Below, in pieces: positions 1 through 13,440 of a stretch of DNA of 64,000 bases. Made by a program: the position numbers and the translations under genes. This DNA comes from Cenococcum geophilum (taxonomy: Eukaryota), in NCBI GenBank assembly GCA_050273025.1, contig CP158635.1, positions 18,662,001-18,726,000 on the forward strand. The letters run 5' to 3'. Under the pieces are notes generated by a model that did no database searches, was not told the origin of the DNA, and was given only the letters and a program-made list of their open reading frames with translations. Each line of letters starts with the position of its first letter. Position 1 is the first letter of the stretch.

Positions 1-1173
1 AACTGCGTTATATTCTCTAGTTTTTACTAACTTACTATAGCTTTAATCTTTTTTAGGTCTATACTAATATAACCTAATTTAATAATAAATCTAATAAAAT
101 TGGTCTTCCTAGTAAAGAACTTATATTTCTTAATTGCTATTAGTATCTATTCTTCTTATAGTCTCTTTAAGACCTATTTAATATATTCCCCATATTCTTC
201 CTTAGTTATTAAGTAGATAATAATATCGTTAAGGTATATTATAATAAACTTATTAAGGTGTTCTCCTAATACATTATTAATTTATTTCTGAAATGTTACT
301 AGTATATTTATTAATCCAAATTATATAACTAATAGTTTATATAGTCCTTTCTTTAACCTAAAGGCTGCCTTTTATTTATTGCCTTCCTTAATTCTAATCT
401 AATAGTATGCCTATCTTAGATCTATCTTTATAAAGATTTACGCATTACCTATCTAGTCCTAAATTTTGCTAATTAAGGGTAAAGGATACCTATCCTTCCG
501 AGTAATGCTATTTAACTATCTATAGTTAATATATAGTCCAAGTTTTCCGTTCTTCTTTAGTACGAATAATACTGGATATCCTACTAATAACTATAATGGT
601 TTAATATATCCTTTTTATAAGTTCTCTTAAATAAACTCTTTAAGTACTTTTAACTCCTCTTAAGTAAACTTATAGGTTGGAAAGAACCTTAGACTTATTT
701 CTAGTTCTAATTATATCTTATAATCCTATGCTGTATAATCTACTAGCTTTTTACTTTCTAGGCTCTATAGTTTTTTACTATACTTATAGTATCTCTTTAG
801 TATATAACTTAAGCCTTACTTAATCTCTTCGTATATTACTCTAACTTAGTACTATATTAACTTGGTTTACTATTATATTTTACGTTATTAAGCATTTCTA
901 ATATTAACCTAACCTGTAATCTAATTAATCTTTAGATTGTATTTTTATAATTAAGGTATCCCTAATACTGCCTTATCCCGTCCTAATAGTAAAATATTAA
1001 AAGATATCTTAATTTACCTTCCTTTAATAGTTATTTAAATAGGTCCTGTTTTAAGGTTAATAATACCTCCTCCATAGGCTATTAGATCTCCTAAAATTAT
1101 AACTAATAGGTAAAGTTGTTCCTTCTATCTATAAGGTAATCCTATTCTCTTAACTGCTATAGGTAAAATATAG
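1..1173 (-). pseudogene. pol: RIP-degraded pol fragment (protease C-part and RT) of element A
   Basis: Reverse complement matches 48430-49600 of E (RT motifs such as KKNGKLGL and ITRKDRYPLPLI); many in-frame TAA/TAG. Confidence 0.88.
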
Positions 1174-1366
1174 TGTTACGGAACCCCACCGCAGGGGCCT
1201 CTATAGGAGAACCCCGTGCTCTCGCGTACACCTCGCGTACAGCTTATATTAGCTACGCGTAGGTATATTACCTCCTTACGCCCTTGACCCTTACAATCGA
1301 TCGCGCAACGTCTTATAGACTCCTCGAATACATACGCTCTATAGCCACTGCCCTTATCCCATAACA
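1174..1366 (+). repeat. 5' LTR of element B
   Basis: TGTTACGG...ATAACA, direct repeat of 7367-7559. Confidence 0.96.
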
Positions 1367-1549
1367 TTACGTTACGCCTTTTTTACTACTAATACTTAAC
1401 CTATAACTAATTCTACGTCTCTATAATACCGTAGGCGCTGCTAAAAGCAGCGTGTTTATAAGTTACCCTACTCTATACTTCTAAAGAACCTATAATAGTA
1501 AGACGATATTCCTTACTAGCCACTATATTAAACCTAAAGAATAATCTAA

Positions 1550-3140
1550 TACCTATACTTAACCTACGCCGCCAATTAACCCCAGAAGAATTTAACTTAT
1601 TAGCCCTAGCCTTAACCCCTAAGGGGAAGTCTAGTGGCTTAAAAGATTATAACGACCTTAATAAGGTAGATATTAATAATGTCTTATCCTTTATTAACTA
1701 TATAACTACGGATAAGCAAGTGGAAGAGCTACTACCTATTAAAATTAAAATATGAGACGCTAAGACGTTGATAAAAAAGGTAGTATAAGAACCTAATAAA
1801 TACTACCGCCTTCTATAGAACTACTATTTAAAGCTTATATAAGCTGAAATGCATACTGCCTAAGATCGCGATATTATCTAAGACCTGTAAGCTTGTAAGG
1901 CGCTTGCTAACAATATACGCTAAAAGACTAAAGACAACCTCTGTGTGTCTAAACGCGACGTCTAACGGTTAAAGAAGGCTAAGATTATACTTATTGCTAT
2001 AGTTACTAAAAAAGACGGCATAATTAAATACTTATAATCTTAGCTTAATAAGCACATTTATAATAACGCTAGATACCTCTTTACTGTATATAACGCCACT
2101 TAAGTCTCTACGCCCTTAGCAACTTTACCTACTTAACGCTTAATAGAGGGTTAGCGCTAAGTAGCTTTACCTAATAGGAACCCCTACTAAAGTAGTAATG
2201 ATAAAAGCTATAATAATTAAACTTAAGCTACTACTATAGGGTCTAATATATATTACCTTAATCCCCTAGTCTTTTAGGGAGACCGCAAGGAATATAGCTA
2301 CTAAAAGATATAAATCCGCGAGAAACTAACCTAGAGCGCCTGCCTTTTTCCTATAGAAGACACTAAGATTGGTTATATTATTGGGCGAATAAAGGGTATA
2401 CTATTTAATAGACTCTTCGCCTAATAGGAGACTAATAGCCCCTAGAAGTGGTAGTCCTACTAAAAAGTCCTTAATAATCTTAACCTAATATACCGCAACT
2501 ATAACCTATTAGCCACCAGCCGAGCTAAACTACGGGCCCTAAAGATGAACCCCACTAAATTATTTAATAAATTTTATATTAAATTCTAGGAATATACTAG
2601 AGCTCTTACCTAAGACGATACTAAAGACTAGGAGGACCTCCTTAAAAAAGTTACTTATTGCCTTAGTTACGAAGCCGCCAGCCATAACTATAATGATGTT
2701 TATAATATAGTAGCAGCTCTATAAAAGATTAAACGATAACTAAATTAGATTACTACTACTAACCTTTACCCAAAGACCTCTTTATAGAAGCCTTTTAGGC
2801 CTATTGGACCTACATATACTAAGCCACTAACGCTTACTGCCTTAAGTGCTACCAGAGCTAATATTGATTTCTCTATACTAACCTTCTTATAAAAACTCCT
2901 AAATGGAAAGCGCGAGCTACTTTAAAAACTAGGACGCTGCTATAGATGCCGTTAAGAAGGCTGCTATTACGATAACCTAAACTACCTAATAGCTAGGTTT
3001 AGTAGCCGCCGCCTAATACCTAGCCTAATACCCTAAACACTAAATATATTGCTATATACTACTACTATATAAGATAAAGACGTAATAATAGCGGTAGAGT
3101 TAGATATAGAAGCGGAAAACGCTAAGTTCTAGCTTTAAGT
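1550..3140 (+). pseudogene. gag: gag of element B (boundaries approximate)
   Basis: Lies between the LTR and the protease; retrotransposon gag-like stretch at ~2260-2700; Cys knuckle-like GRCYRCR at ~2932-2952. Confidence 0.65.
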
Positions 3141-3229
3141 TGCGGGTTAGGACGCCCTAATAACGGAGGGATCTATATATTGGCTTACTTAATAAATAAC
3201 TTAGTAAAGATAAATAGACGGAAATAGAT

Positions 3230-6200
3230 AGTTTTACCTATAATAGGAACTACTACTAAAAAATAATATAAAAGCCGTTCTATAATTAATTGCGGAGCTA
3301 CTAATAAATTTATAGATACCTAATTTGTGCGCACTTATAACTTACCTACTTTACCCCTTACTAAAGCCCGCGCCCTATAACTTGCTAATAGTAGTTATAC
3401 CGTATAAAAGATTACCTATATAGTATAACTCCACCTAGATATAAATAGGCACCAGGAAGAACTCTAGGCCTATATTATACTACTTACTAACTACCTTATT
3501 ATCCTTAGAATAAACTAGCTTAAATAATATAACCCCGCCATTAACTAGAAGAAGAGAGAAATAACTTTTAACTCTAAATACTATAGAGAGACTTGCCTAG
3601 GGTATAGCCTAGCCGCCTCTATTTACTCCCTAGGATATTAACCTATAGAACCCCTTATTACTCTACTTATAACTAACTACTACTATATAAGTGCCCTAGC
3701 CTTCTACCGTATAGTATATAGGAAAGGCTAGACCGTCGCCGTAGCTTCCTAATTATAACTATATAAGCTTAATAAAGAATAGGACTACGTCCTCTATAGT
3801 AATAGGATAGACATAGTTAACCTTTTAGAAGACGACGCCCCTATAGAACTCTACGGACTTTTACCTTTAGACTTTAAGAAGTTTATAAAGCTTAAAAAAG
3901 GTCTTACTAATAAAGAACTCCGCAAGCTCCTCCCTAAGAGGTATTATAACTTTACCGATATATGCTTATAAAAGGGCGTAGATATACTCCCCCTATATTA
4001 ACCTAACGACTATACTATTAACATTAAATAAGGAAAAATACTACCTTATAAAAGACCCTACCTAATATTAAAAGACAAACTTCTAGTTATAAAAAAGTAT
4101 ATTAACGAGCACCTTAATAAAGGATTTATTTGTCTTAGTATATTACTAGCAGCCGCCCCTATTCTTCTTACTAAGAAACTAAGAGGAGGTATTTAATTCT
4201 ACGTTAACTATAGAGGACTTAACGCTATTATAATTAAAAATTAATACCCAGTACCGCTTATATGTGAGACCCTTAAGCGGCTTAGTTAAGCTAAAATCTA
4301 TACTAAGCTTAATATTATTGCTGCCTTTAACTATCTCTAAATACGGGAAGGTAATAAATGGAAAACCGCATTTATATCGCGCTTTGGCTAATTTAAATAT
4401 ACCGTTATGCCCTTTAGCGTATATAACGGCCTAGGCACCTTCTAAAGCTATATTAATAATACCTTATAAGACTACTTTAACGACTTCTACTTTGCGTACC
4501 TAGATGATATACTTATTTATAGTAATAACCCTTTTAAGTATACCGAACATGTTTAAAAGGTCCTATAGCGCCTTAGGGACGTAGGACTTTATATTAATTT
4601 AAAGAAATGCGAATTCTTAGTTATAGAAGTAAAATACCTTAAACTAATTATTACTACTAAGGGTGTTTATATAGACCCCAAGAAAGTACGTATAATTACT
4701 AAATAGTAAGCCCCTAATTGTATTAAGGACGTATAAGCCTTCCTTAGTTTTACTAACTTTTATTAGAAATTTATATATAACTTCTTAGGTGTAGTAGTAC
4801 CACTTATAGCAATAATGTAAACGAAGGGCCTTTTTGTAAAAGGAAGAAAAACGCATTTACGCTTTACCTAAACGCCTAAACATAAGAAGGCGTTTTAAGA
4901 CCTTAAAAATGCCTTTACTAAAGCACTTATCCTAGCTTACTTTACACCAGAACAACAACTTTATTTTAAAACCAACTCCTTAAACTACGTTAATATAGGC
5001 GTCCTTTTCTAGATAGGTAATAATGATCTCCTTTACCTAGTTACATTCTACTCGTCTAAGCTTATACTATAAGAGTATAACTATAAGATCTATAATAAAG
5101 AACTCCTTATAATTATATAAGCGTTTAAAGAATTCTAACCAGAACTCTTCTTAGTAGAGCCCGACTAGCTAACTAAAGTCCTTACGGACTATTATAACCT
5201 TAAGTACTTTATAACTATAAAGTAGCTAAACTAACGCTAGGTATATTAGAATAAGTTTCTCTCTAGTTTTAACTTTAAAATTGTATATAAACTAGGAGTA
5301 TAAGGTACTAAACCTAATAGCCTAATACGCCGCTCGTAAGACCTTCCTTAGTCTAAAGATAACCCCTAAAATTAGTTCTAATAATAGATGATCCTAAAAG
5401 CACAAAATTTGGCCCTAGGTATACTACCTATAATAGAGCTAACTATACCTTAGCTTTATACTATAAAACTAAAGTTACCTCCCAAAATTAATAAGCTTAT
5501 TACTATGGTATATAACACCTCTATTAACCTACTACTGTATTAACTTATAGCCGTAAAGACTACTAGCACCTATACGCTGCCTATTAACCTCTAAAGCTTA
5601 GGCTAGATTAATATAGCAGCCTTAAAAGTAAAAGAGAATAGGCTCTATTATAAAGGCCGCCTATTTATCCCTAACTTAGAAAATCTATAACGGTAACTAA
5701 TTTAAATAGCCCACGACCTCTAATTAAGTGGCTACCTAGGTAGAGGAGGAACCTATAAACTCTTTAGCCGATACTACTTCTGGCCAAAAATGATAGACTT
5801 AGTTAAATACTTTATAGGCGCCTATTACGGTTCTAAGCGCGCTAAGGCCTTTAATATAAAGTACTAAGGACTATTACACCCTCTACTAGTACCTATATAA
5901 CGATAGGCAGATATTGCTATAAATTTCGTTATTAACCTACCACCCTATAAACGATATGGCCGTACCTATAAGAATATCCTTATAATAATATGCCGACTTA
6001 TAAAAAAGCGCTACTACGTCCTAACTAAAGGCGTAGCCGTTAGTAATGTTACTAACGCCTTCCTTTATAAAGTTTATTAACTACATAGGTTACCTAACTC
6101 AATTACGTCCGATTAAGGTATATAATTTAACTCTAATATATAGACAAATCTACTAACGCCTTAGTATCTCCGTTAAGATATCTATATCCTTTTACTATAA

Positions 6201-7090
6201 AACTGCTAGGTAACTAGAAAACGCTAATGCTAGCATAAAAGCGTACCTATAATAGGTAGTCGCCTATAGTTAAGATAACTGAGTAAATTACCTCCTACTA
6301 GGTAAATTTATAGCGAATAACTACATCTTAACCACTATAGGACTTACCCCGTTCTTTGCAAATAAGGGTTATTACCTCTAATCCGGCATAGAGCCACTAA
6401 AACCTATTAATAAGAAACTACTATATAGTAAACGCCTTAAGATGCTACTTACTAACTAGTATACAAACCGTATAAAAAATCTACTCGACTACTATAAGGG
6501 AGAAATGGCCTAGGCTTAAGCAAAGTAGGCCTACTTCGCCGACTATTATAAAACGCCACCACCGGAGATGCGTATTGGCGACTAGGTATAGCTAGATGCA
6601 CGTAATATCTCTATATAGAGGCCTATAAAGTCACTTAATTATAAGAACCTTAGCCCCTATCTAATTAAATAAGTTATTAATAGGGGAGCCGTATATAAGC
6701 TAGAACTCCCGCCTACCCTAGCTACCCGTGGGATATAGCCTATATTTTACCCATGGCTACTATACCTTTATTAGCCTAACCCCTTACTAGGGTAAATATA
6801 GCCTAAACCCCTACTAGTACTAATCCGAGATAAGAATAAAGACGAGAACTATAAGGAGTAGACTGTTAAACGAATTATTAACTCTAAATACTTTAGTAAA
6901 GGTAGAGGATAACGGCTCTACTATAGAGCTATATATATAGGATCTAATATAGATTAGCCAGAATAGTAACTATAGGAAGACTTTGAAAATGTAAAGGATC
7001 TAATTAGCAACTTTTACTACGCGAACCTATAGAAACTAGGTCTAAGCAGAGATTTTATACCTAATCCTTTATAGGAGCCCTTATAGAGTT
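3230..7090 (+). pseudogene. pol: pol of element B (PR, RT, RNase H, integrase, chromodomain)
   Basis: Protease I(N/D)CGAT at ~3285; RT YLDD at 4497-4508; RNase H de-RIP NYEIYDKELL at ~5078; integrase H-x6-H near 5712; chromodomain de-RIP EEWTVERIVDS...W.PWEDFEN at 6850-7000. Confidence 0.9.
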
Positions 7091-7366
7091 AAACCGCTAT
7101 ATATTACTATATAAGGGCAGATTACCATTAGATTGCGGTAAAGTGCGATTATATAACCGGAATATCGTTAAGATATCCAGGAACTTTAACTAGCGGTTAA
7201 AGTTATCTAATTAGTTAGATTCTTAGATGCCAAGCCTTATTATATAACGTTGTTTTAAGCCTTTAGCAATACCCCCCTTTCTTCTTTTCTATACCTTAAG
7301 TATCCCTTCTATATATATAGTAACCACAGCGTCGCCAGAGCTCTACCTTTATAGGAGGGGGGGTAG

Positions 7367-7559
7367 TGTTACGGAACCCCACCGTAGGGGCCTCTATAGG
7401 AGAACCCCGTGCTCTTATATACACCTTGCGTATAGCTTATATTAGCTACGCGTAGGTATATTACCTCCTTACGCCCTTAACCCTTACGATTGATCGCGTA
7501 ACGTCTTATAGACTCCTTAAATATATATGCTCTATAGCCACTGCCCTTATCCCGTAATA
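7367..7559 (+). repeat. 3' LTR of element B
   Basis: Direct repeat of 1174-1366, preceded by the PPT and followed by the TSD. Confidence 0.96.
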
Positions 7560-8222
7560 TATAGTTTCTTATTACTCTACTATCTATTAGTGCTTTAAAC
7601 TACTAGTCTTGCTAATTAACTTATAAATTTAGGTATTATTCTTAAATTCCTTTAAGGGTCTAAGGCTCTATCACTAGCTCCCTCTAGTTTTATAGGCCTT
7701 TACTTTTCCTAATTATTAGCTACTAGATTTTTATATACTTAGCTTATTCTTTAGCTAATGCCTAGTTTGCTTTTTATTCTTTATATACTATAGATATATA
7801 TTCTCTAGGTATTTCCACTACTATTATCTATTTAAGCATTCTTCCGTAAGGAATCTTCCTAATTAAAGTATTAATTCTCCTAACTTCTAAACTTCTACTA
7901 AATGCTAGCTGTATATATACTTAGTATTTCTATACTATTGCTTATCTAGCGCCTAATATATTCTTATAGGGTACTTCCGATTCTTTTCTTTTAGATTTTT
8001 ATATATTTTATATATATTATCTATATATGCAATCTATAATAGCGTATGGTATACTAGGTATTTTAGGTTAACTCTTAACTTGTCTTTATTTTTAATTTTA
8101 AACCTTTACCGTGTTAATCTAAACGTTATAACTTTATTTATGGGTACTAAGATACGCCTCTTACTTCTCTAGTCCTTTAATTGTTCCTCTAGATCCTTTA
8201 ATATTATAATTAAGGCTCCCTT

Positions 8223-8349
8223 TATCAGGTGACGAAGTCACCTCGCCTATATGTATTGTTCCGCACAGCCGTGTCTGGCATCAAGCCAGTCACTCGTTTA
8301 CCTTTTGTAGGTTTGTGTGGCTAAGTGGTGCGGAGCTTATTACCTCACA
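8223..8349. mobile_element. 127-bp solo LTR inserted in element A
   Basis: Absent from the homologous site of E (~47775); TSD CCCTT at 8218-8222 and 8350-8354; ends T(A/G)TCAGGTGA...TTACCTCACA form a short terminal inverted repeat. Confidence 0.8.
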
Positions 8350-10478
8350 CCCTTAATATAAGTTATAGCCTTTTTAGTAATTAGGTGGTTCTAGATAGCT
8401 CGCTTATCTAACTATATATAGAAATCTTCCTACTTATCGTTATATTGTTGCCTATACTACTTTTAATATAGTTACTAGAGTATATACGGCTTATCCGTAA
8501 GGAAATATCTTCTTATTACTACATTATAATAACCCTTTATATATCGTTTTTTAAACCTAATAAAAATTCCTAGATCCTCTTTATCTTCTAGTTTAGTAAG
8601 CTACTTAGCTCTTAGCGTGCCTGCCCTAGGCCTATTAGTAATTCTTTATATAGGTACTCTATCCCTTATATAACCTAGTATACTAAATCTTTAGTTTAGT
8701 TTCTATTCTTGCTATATAAGGATTCTCTATCTAAATTCCTCTATATTTTCTTTTGGTTTTTACCTTATAAGTAGATTTTTAAAGTCTTTTTACTTTTTAA
8801 TCTTAGTTTATTTAATAGTCCTTATTTATATCTAGAAATCTTAGTCTTATAGGATTCTTAATCCTAAGCTTACTTCTTTCTTAAGCTTAGCTCTAGCCTT
8901 AGTCTAACTAGGCTTTTATAGTGTTTTTATCTCGTCTTAAAAGTCTTAAATCTTACTTATCTTATCTTAAGAGTTTTATATCTTTAAGAAACTTCGTCTT
9001 AAGCTTATTTATATATTACTAAACTAAGCTATTACTCTGCTCTATTAGTTGTCGTTTATTATAGGTCCTTAAGCGTATCTTATCCCGTCTTAGGAATCTT
9101 AAGCGTTTTATATCTCTTCTTAAGAATCTTAAGCCTATGGCCTTTTACCTTTATTAAGTGCCGAAGTGGTTCGCTATCCTACTTCTTTTACGTCTTATAA
9201 AGCGATAGATATTGTGTTTAGTAGGGTCTTAATCCCTACTAATATTCCCTATTCTATAGTGGAATTATCCTTTACCTTTTTTATAATATCTCTAAGGTCT
9301 ATATACTCCTAGTAAGCTGCTTTTATTACCTTATTGTTACTAAATACTTTACCTATATTAAATTTATCGTCCTTAATGTCCAATCTATAAGATAGTTTGT
9401 TAGTTCCTTTAAACTCTAATAATTTTAGCTCCTATGGCTAATAGCTTACGCCATACTTAGCGTCCTTATAAATTTAGTATACGTTATTATAATAAAACGC
9501 AAAACTTTTAATTAAACATTTTTTTATTCCTCGTAGTATACTATTATCCCTCTATATATATATATCTTTTACTAGTCTCGTTCCTTTTACTATATAGTAA
9601 CTTTATCTACTTTTATAGTTTTTAATATAATAACCCTGTTTTCTGCAATTTATATAAGCTCCTTTTTTAAACCATTTTTCTTGCTATAGAGTCCGCCTAA
9701 ACGTTTTTTACTACTAAGATCCCTGGTTCGGCCTCTACTTTTTAACCTTTAATTACTTAAACCTTGTCCTCTGGGTTTCTATAGTTATTTATTTTATTTT
9801 TTATTTTCTTTAGTACTACTTAAGTCTATTAGCTCTGCGCTATATTATAGTTTCTAACTTTAACTTTGTTATTATATGCCCTGCGCCTTATATAACTGTA
9901 GAACTCTATTCTAACCCTTCTTAGTCTACTCTCTTTAATAGATTCTATTGTTAATCTTAATTGCTTAATTAATTAAATCCCTAAGGGTATCCGTATCTTT
10001 TATTAGGATAATTATATCCTAGACTTTTACTTTAAGTCCTTGCTTATACTGTACTATAAACGCCTTACTATTCTATTTAACCTATATTACTAATATTTAA
10101 AACTATATTGTATATTTAATTGCTAAAGTTTTTTATACTAGGTTTTAAAGCTTTTATTCTACTATAGTGGTTACCTCTAGGTTTCTAAATATTTACGTTA
10201 GGTATTCCGCAAACCTATTTTAACTTAAGAATATATATTATACCTCCTAGTTAGTAGTCGTTATACTATACTCCTATACCTTTATAAGGTAAGGCTTAAA
10301 CTGCTTAAGTGCTCTTCCTATTAAGAATAATCCTATATAAGTAACTTAATCTATAGGCGTTTCTAGTTTAACTTCTTTCTACATGGCCTTAAAGTGCATT
10401 TACATAAGGAATCCCTTAAGTTTTAACTTCTCCCCTAAGAATTGCTTAATTAAGGGTAACTTAACCTTAGCTGCTCTA

Positions 10479-12530
10479 CAGTAAAAACTCCTTATAACGA
10501 TAACGGTGTTATAACGATATACTCTATATCACGATCTACACCCCTTAACTAAGCCTTTTTTGGTATAATATTACGATATTCTGACATTTAACGATATCGT
10601 AGGGGTAGCCCCACCAAAATCATTATAAGGAGTTTTTAATTCGTCGGATTTGACCTTTCCTCACCATAAGTTCAGCCATCAATCTTCATCATATAACGAT
10701 TAAAATCTATTAAAATAATACTTAGATCCTACTCTCTATACTTAATTCTATCTTATTTATTATGCCTAGATCTTAAAACCCTTAAAGGCAACGTTATTAT
10801 GGGTTCTCTAACTTTAAGCGTTAGAAAATACGCGCCTACTATATAAAACACCCTCACTTATTATAAAAACACGTTACTTTATAGGCAAGCAACTTCCTCC
10901 GTTAAAAGATTAATTAATCCTTAATATTAGAAATACTAAGCGACAAATTTAACCACCTTAATTCAGCCAAATTGCCACGCGGGCACGGCGGGCGAGAGCG
11001 ATAGCGAGCTGGCGAACATCCTCTCCTTAAGGAAGCTCTCTTTAAGTGGCACTAACGCCTACAGATCTTACGCATTCCTATTACAAGCAATCTTATATAT
11101 ACTGCCGCATCTCAATTATAGCAACGGATACCTCTACTAGCTTAATCGCCTGAGCCAAGGTGGTCAATTGGGTGGCTAGAGGGTTTTAAATCTCGTAACA
11201 GAATTCGCAAAAGGAAGCAATATAGCGAGGCTGCGTTAGTCAATATAGAAGGTGCTAAAGATCATATAATAGAGCTTCGTGCGATTATCGTGTCTTTTCT
11301 ATTAAAGGATATTTATAATATAGATAAGACTAAGCTCTTTTAGAAGGCTATACTAGATACTACACTAGCTACTAAAGCTCTCTTAGGAATAAAAAAGTAG
11401 AAGGCAAAAATATCTCTAGCTAATTGCTCTAACGCAGATGGCTTAGATAAGCTTCCTCTCTAGATAATTAGATCCTTAGCTTAGCCACGATATTTTATAA
11501 GAGCTTATATTAATATCGCTTCACTTAATATTATATAGAAGAGCAATAAGAAGGCCTAAATAACGACAGCGATTATAACTAAATGGCTTACCTAGTTTAA
11601 TAAAAGGATATATAGTAAAAGAGTCATCTTTTTACTTAATAATTTTAGCGCGCATAAAGCAGCTATTTGAACACTTACTGAAAATAATACTCTTAAGAAT
11701 ACACGGGTTGAGTTTCTTCCTCCTAATTGTACCTCTGTATACCAGCCACTTAATTAAGGAATTATTACAAACTTTAAGTTATACTACCAACAATATTAGC
11801 TTAGATTTATGGTGGAGCACTCCCTCTAAGATTAAGATCTATTTAAGCAGATATATGTTCTTTGGGCTATCCAATAGGCAATTATAGCTTAAAAGGAAGT
11901 TATACTAAAAGTAATTAACAGTTACTTCGTCAAATCCACTCTCTTTAGCTTAAGAGAAGGCCTGCTGCCTTACCCTTATAATTATATAGATCCGATTATT
12001 AATAAGGTATAAGAGATAGCTAAATAACTATGTGCTGCTGGAAGGATCCATAAGCCTATAAATATTTAGAATTTTATTTATCTTCCGGGCGAAGATGTAG
12101 TAGACTCTACTAAAAATCTTATTAAGCACGTAGCGGAGCTCTATGCTGGGCTAGATTACAATATAGAAATAGATAAGGAGGACTCCTAATAACCTTAAAT
12201 TAAACTTAATAAGGCAATAGAGGCCTTACAAAAGCTTCGTCTATATAAGGAGCAACAGGAGGATGGTAAGAGAGAGGTTATTACAACTCTATTAAGGCAC
12301 GAGCGTTAAATCCAAGGATGACGACTCTAAAACACCAAGCAGACGACGATTAAATCGGTTTTTGGTGGAGCTAATCACTTAATTTTAACTTCGGGCTTAT
12401 AGATATGCAATATCATTATATAATTTTAACGTTTAGTATGTTTTACGTATAAAGTCTAAATATAACGATACCTTTAGTATAACGATACGGACGGTAAAAA
12501 AAACCGTATCGTTATAAAGAGTTTTTACTG
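10479..12530 (+). mobile_element. pogo/Tigger-type (Tc1/mariner superfamily) DNA transposon, 2052 bp
   Basis: TIR CAGTAAAAACTCCTTATAACGATA at the left end and its near-perfect inverse at the right end; TA TSD at 10477-10478 and 12531-12532; the gag of A resumes across the TA. Confidence 0.95.
10762..12400 (+). pseudogene. CENP-B/DDE_1 (pogo) transposase with RIP stop codons
   Basis: Motifs NIDKTKLF* (de-RIP NMDETGLFW), CSNADGLDKLPL, LLNNFSAH (LLDNFSAH), EFLPPNCTSVYQPLN*GII (QPLDQGII). End approximate. Confidence 0.88.
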
Positions 12531-13280
12531 TAATTCTATTAATCCTTTTTTTAAGTATCCTATTATTATCTATTAATTAATTAACTATTTCTTATAGCTG
12601 TCTAACGGTAACTAGCTAAGAGTTAGTATCTACTATACTGGTGTCTTTACCTAATCCCAATATAGTTACTACCGTTAACGCTATTTATTAGCATTTTATT
12701 AGGGTGCTAAGATCCTAGAGGCCTCCTAACAGGATTTTAACTTTCCTAGAGGTCCTAATCGTCCTAATAGGCTCCTAGCAGGCTCCTAGCAGGATTTTAA
12801 TTTTCCTAATCGTCCTAGTCGTCCTGATAGGCTCCTAGCAGGATCTTTAATTTCCTAATTATCCTCTTACGGTCCTATTAGGGTCCTAATAGGAAACTAG
12901 TATTTCCTAATCGTTCCTAATAGGCTCCTAGCAGGATCTTAATTTTTCTAATCGTCCTATTAGGTTCCTGATAGGATACCCCTAAGCAACACCCCTCCTA
13001 ACCCCCCCCCCCCTAAAGCGACACCTCCTATACACACCCCTCAAGACACCCCCCCAATGCGACACCCTCCCCACTATAATACCCCCCCTAATAGGATACC
13101 TCCCCCCTAATGCAACGCGACCCTATATGCGCGTATACGCGACACACAGTGCTATTAGGTCCCCGCTATATTCCCAATAGCCTATATATACCTCTGCTAA
13201 GTTACCCCCTTTATAGTCACCCTATTCTTTACCCTTCCTTATATCCTCCCTTAGGAGGCACTAGAACGGCAGCCAGTAGA

Positions 13281-13440
13281 GGACCGTCGCCAAAACTAGA
13301 CGATTGTCGCTAGAACTAAACGACCGTCGCTAAAACTAGACGACCGTCGCCAGAACTAGACGACCGTCGCTAGAACTAGACAACCGTTGCCAGAACTAGA
13401 CGACCGTCACCAGAACCAGACGACCGTTACAAGAACTAGA
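13281..13440 (+). repeat. Tandem array of eight 20-bp units (CGACCGTCGCCAGAACTAGA)
   Basis: Directly visible 20-bp period with no spacers. Confidence 0.95.

Larger units (their letters stand above)
1174..7559 (+). mobile_element. Full-length Ty3/Gypsy chromovirus B (6386 bp), RIP-degraded, inserted in the protease region of A
   Basis: 193-bp LTRs at 1174-1366 and 7367-7559; TSD TATAG at 1169-1173 and 7560-7564; polypurine tract at 7353-7363; gag-PR-RT-RH-IN-chromodomain order. Confidence 0.96.

Noticed and set aside
1176..1367. 63-aa ORF from the track
   Set aside because: Coincides with the B LTR on the opposite strand; chance ORF in less-mutated sequence.
13110..13313. 67-aa ORF from the track
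   Set aside because: Low-complexity translation of C-rich and tandem repeats.
13281..13440. CRISPR-like array
   Set aside because: Contiguous 20-bp tandem units without unique spacers, no cas genes, eukaryotic TE context.
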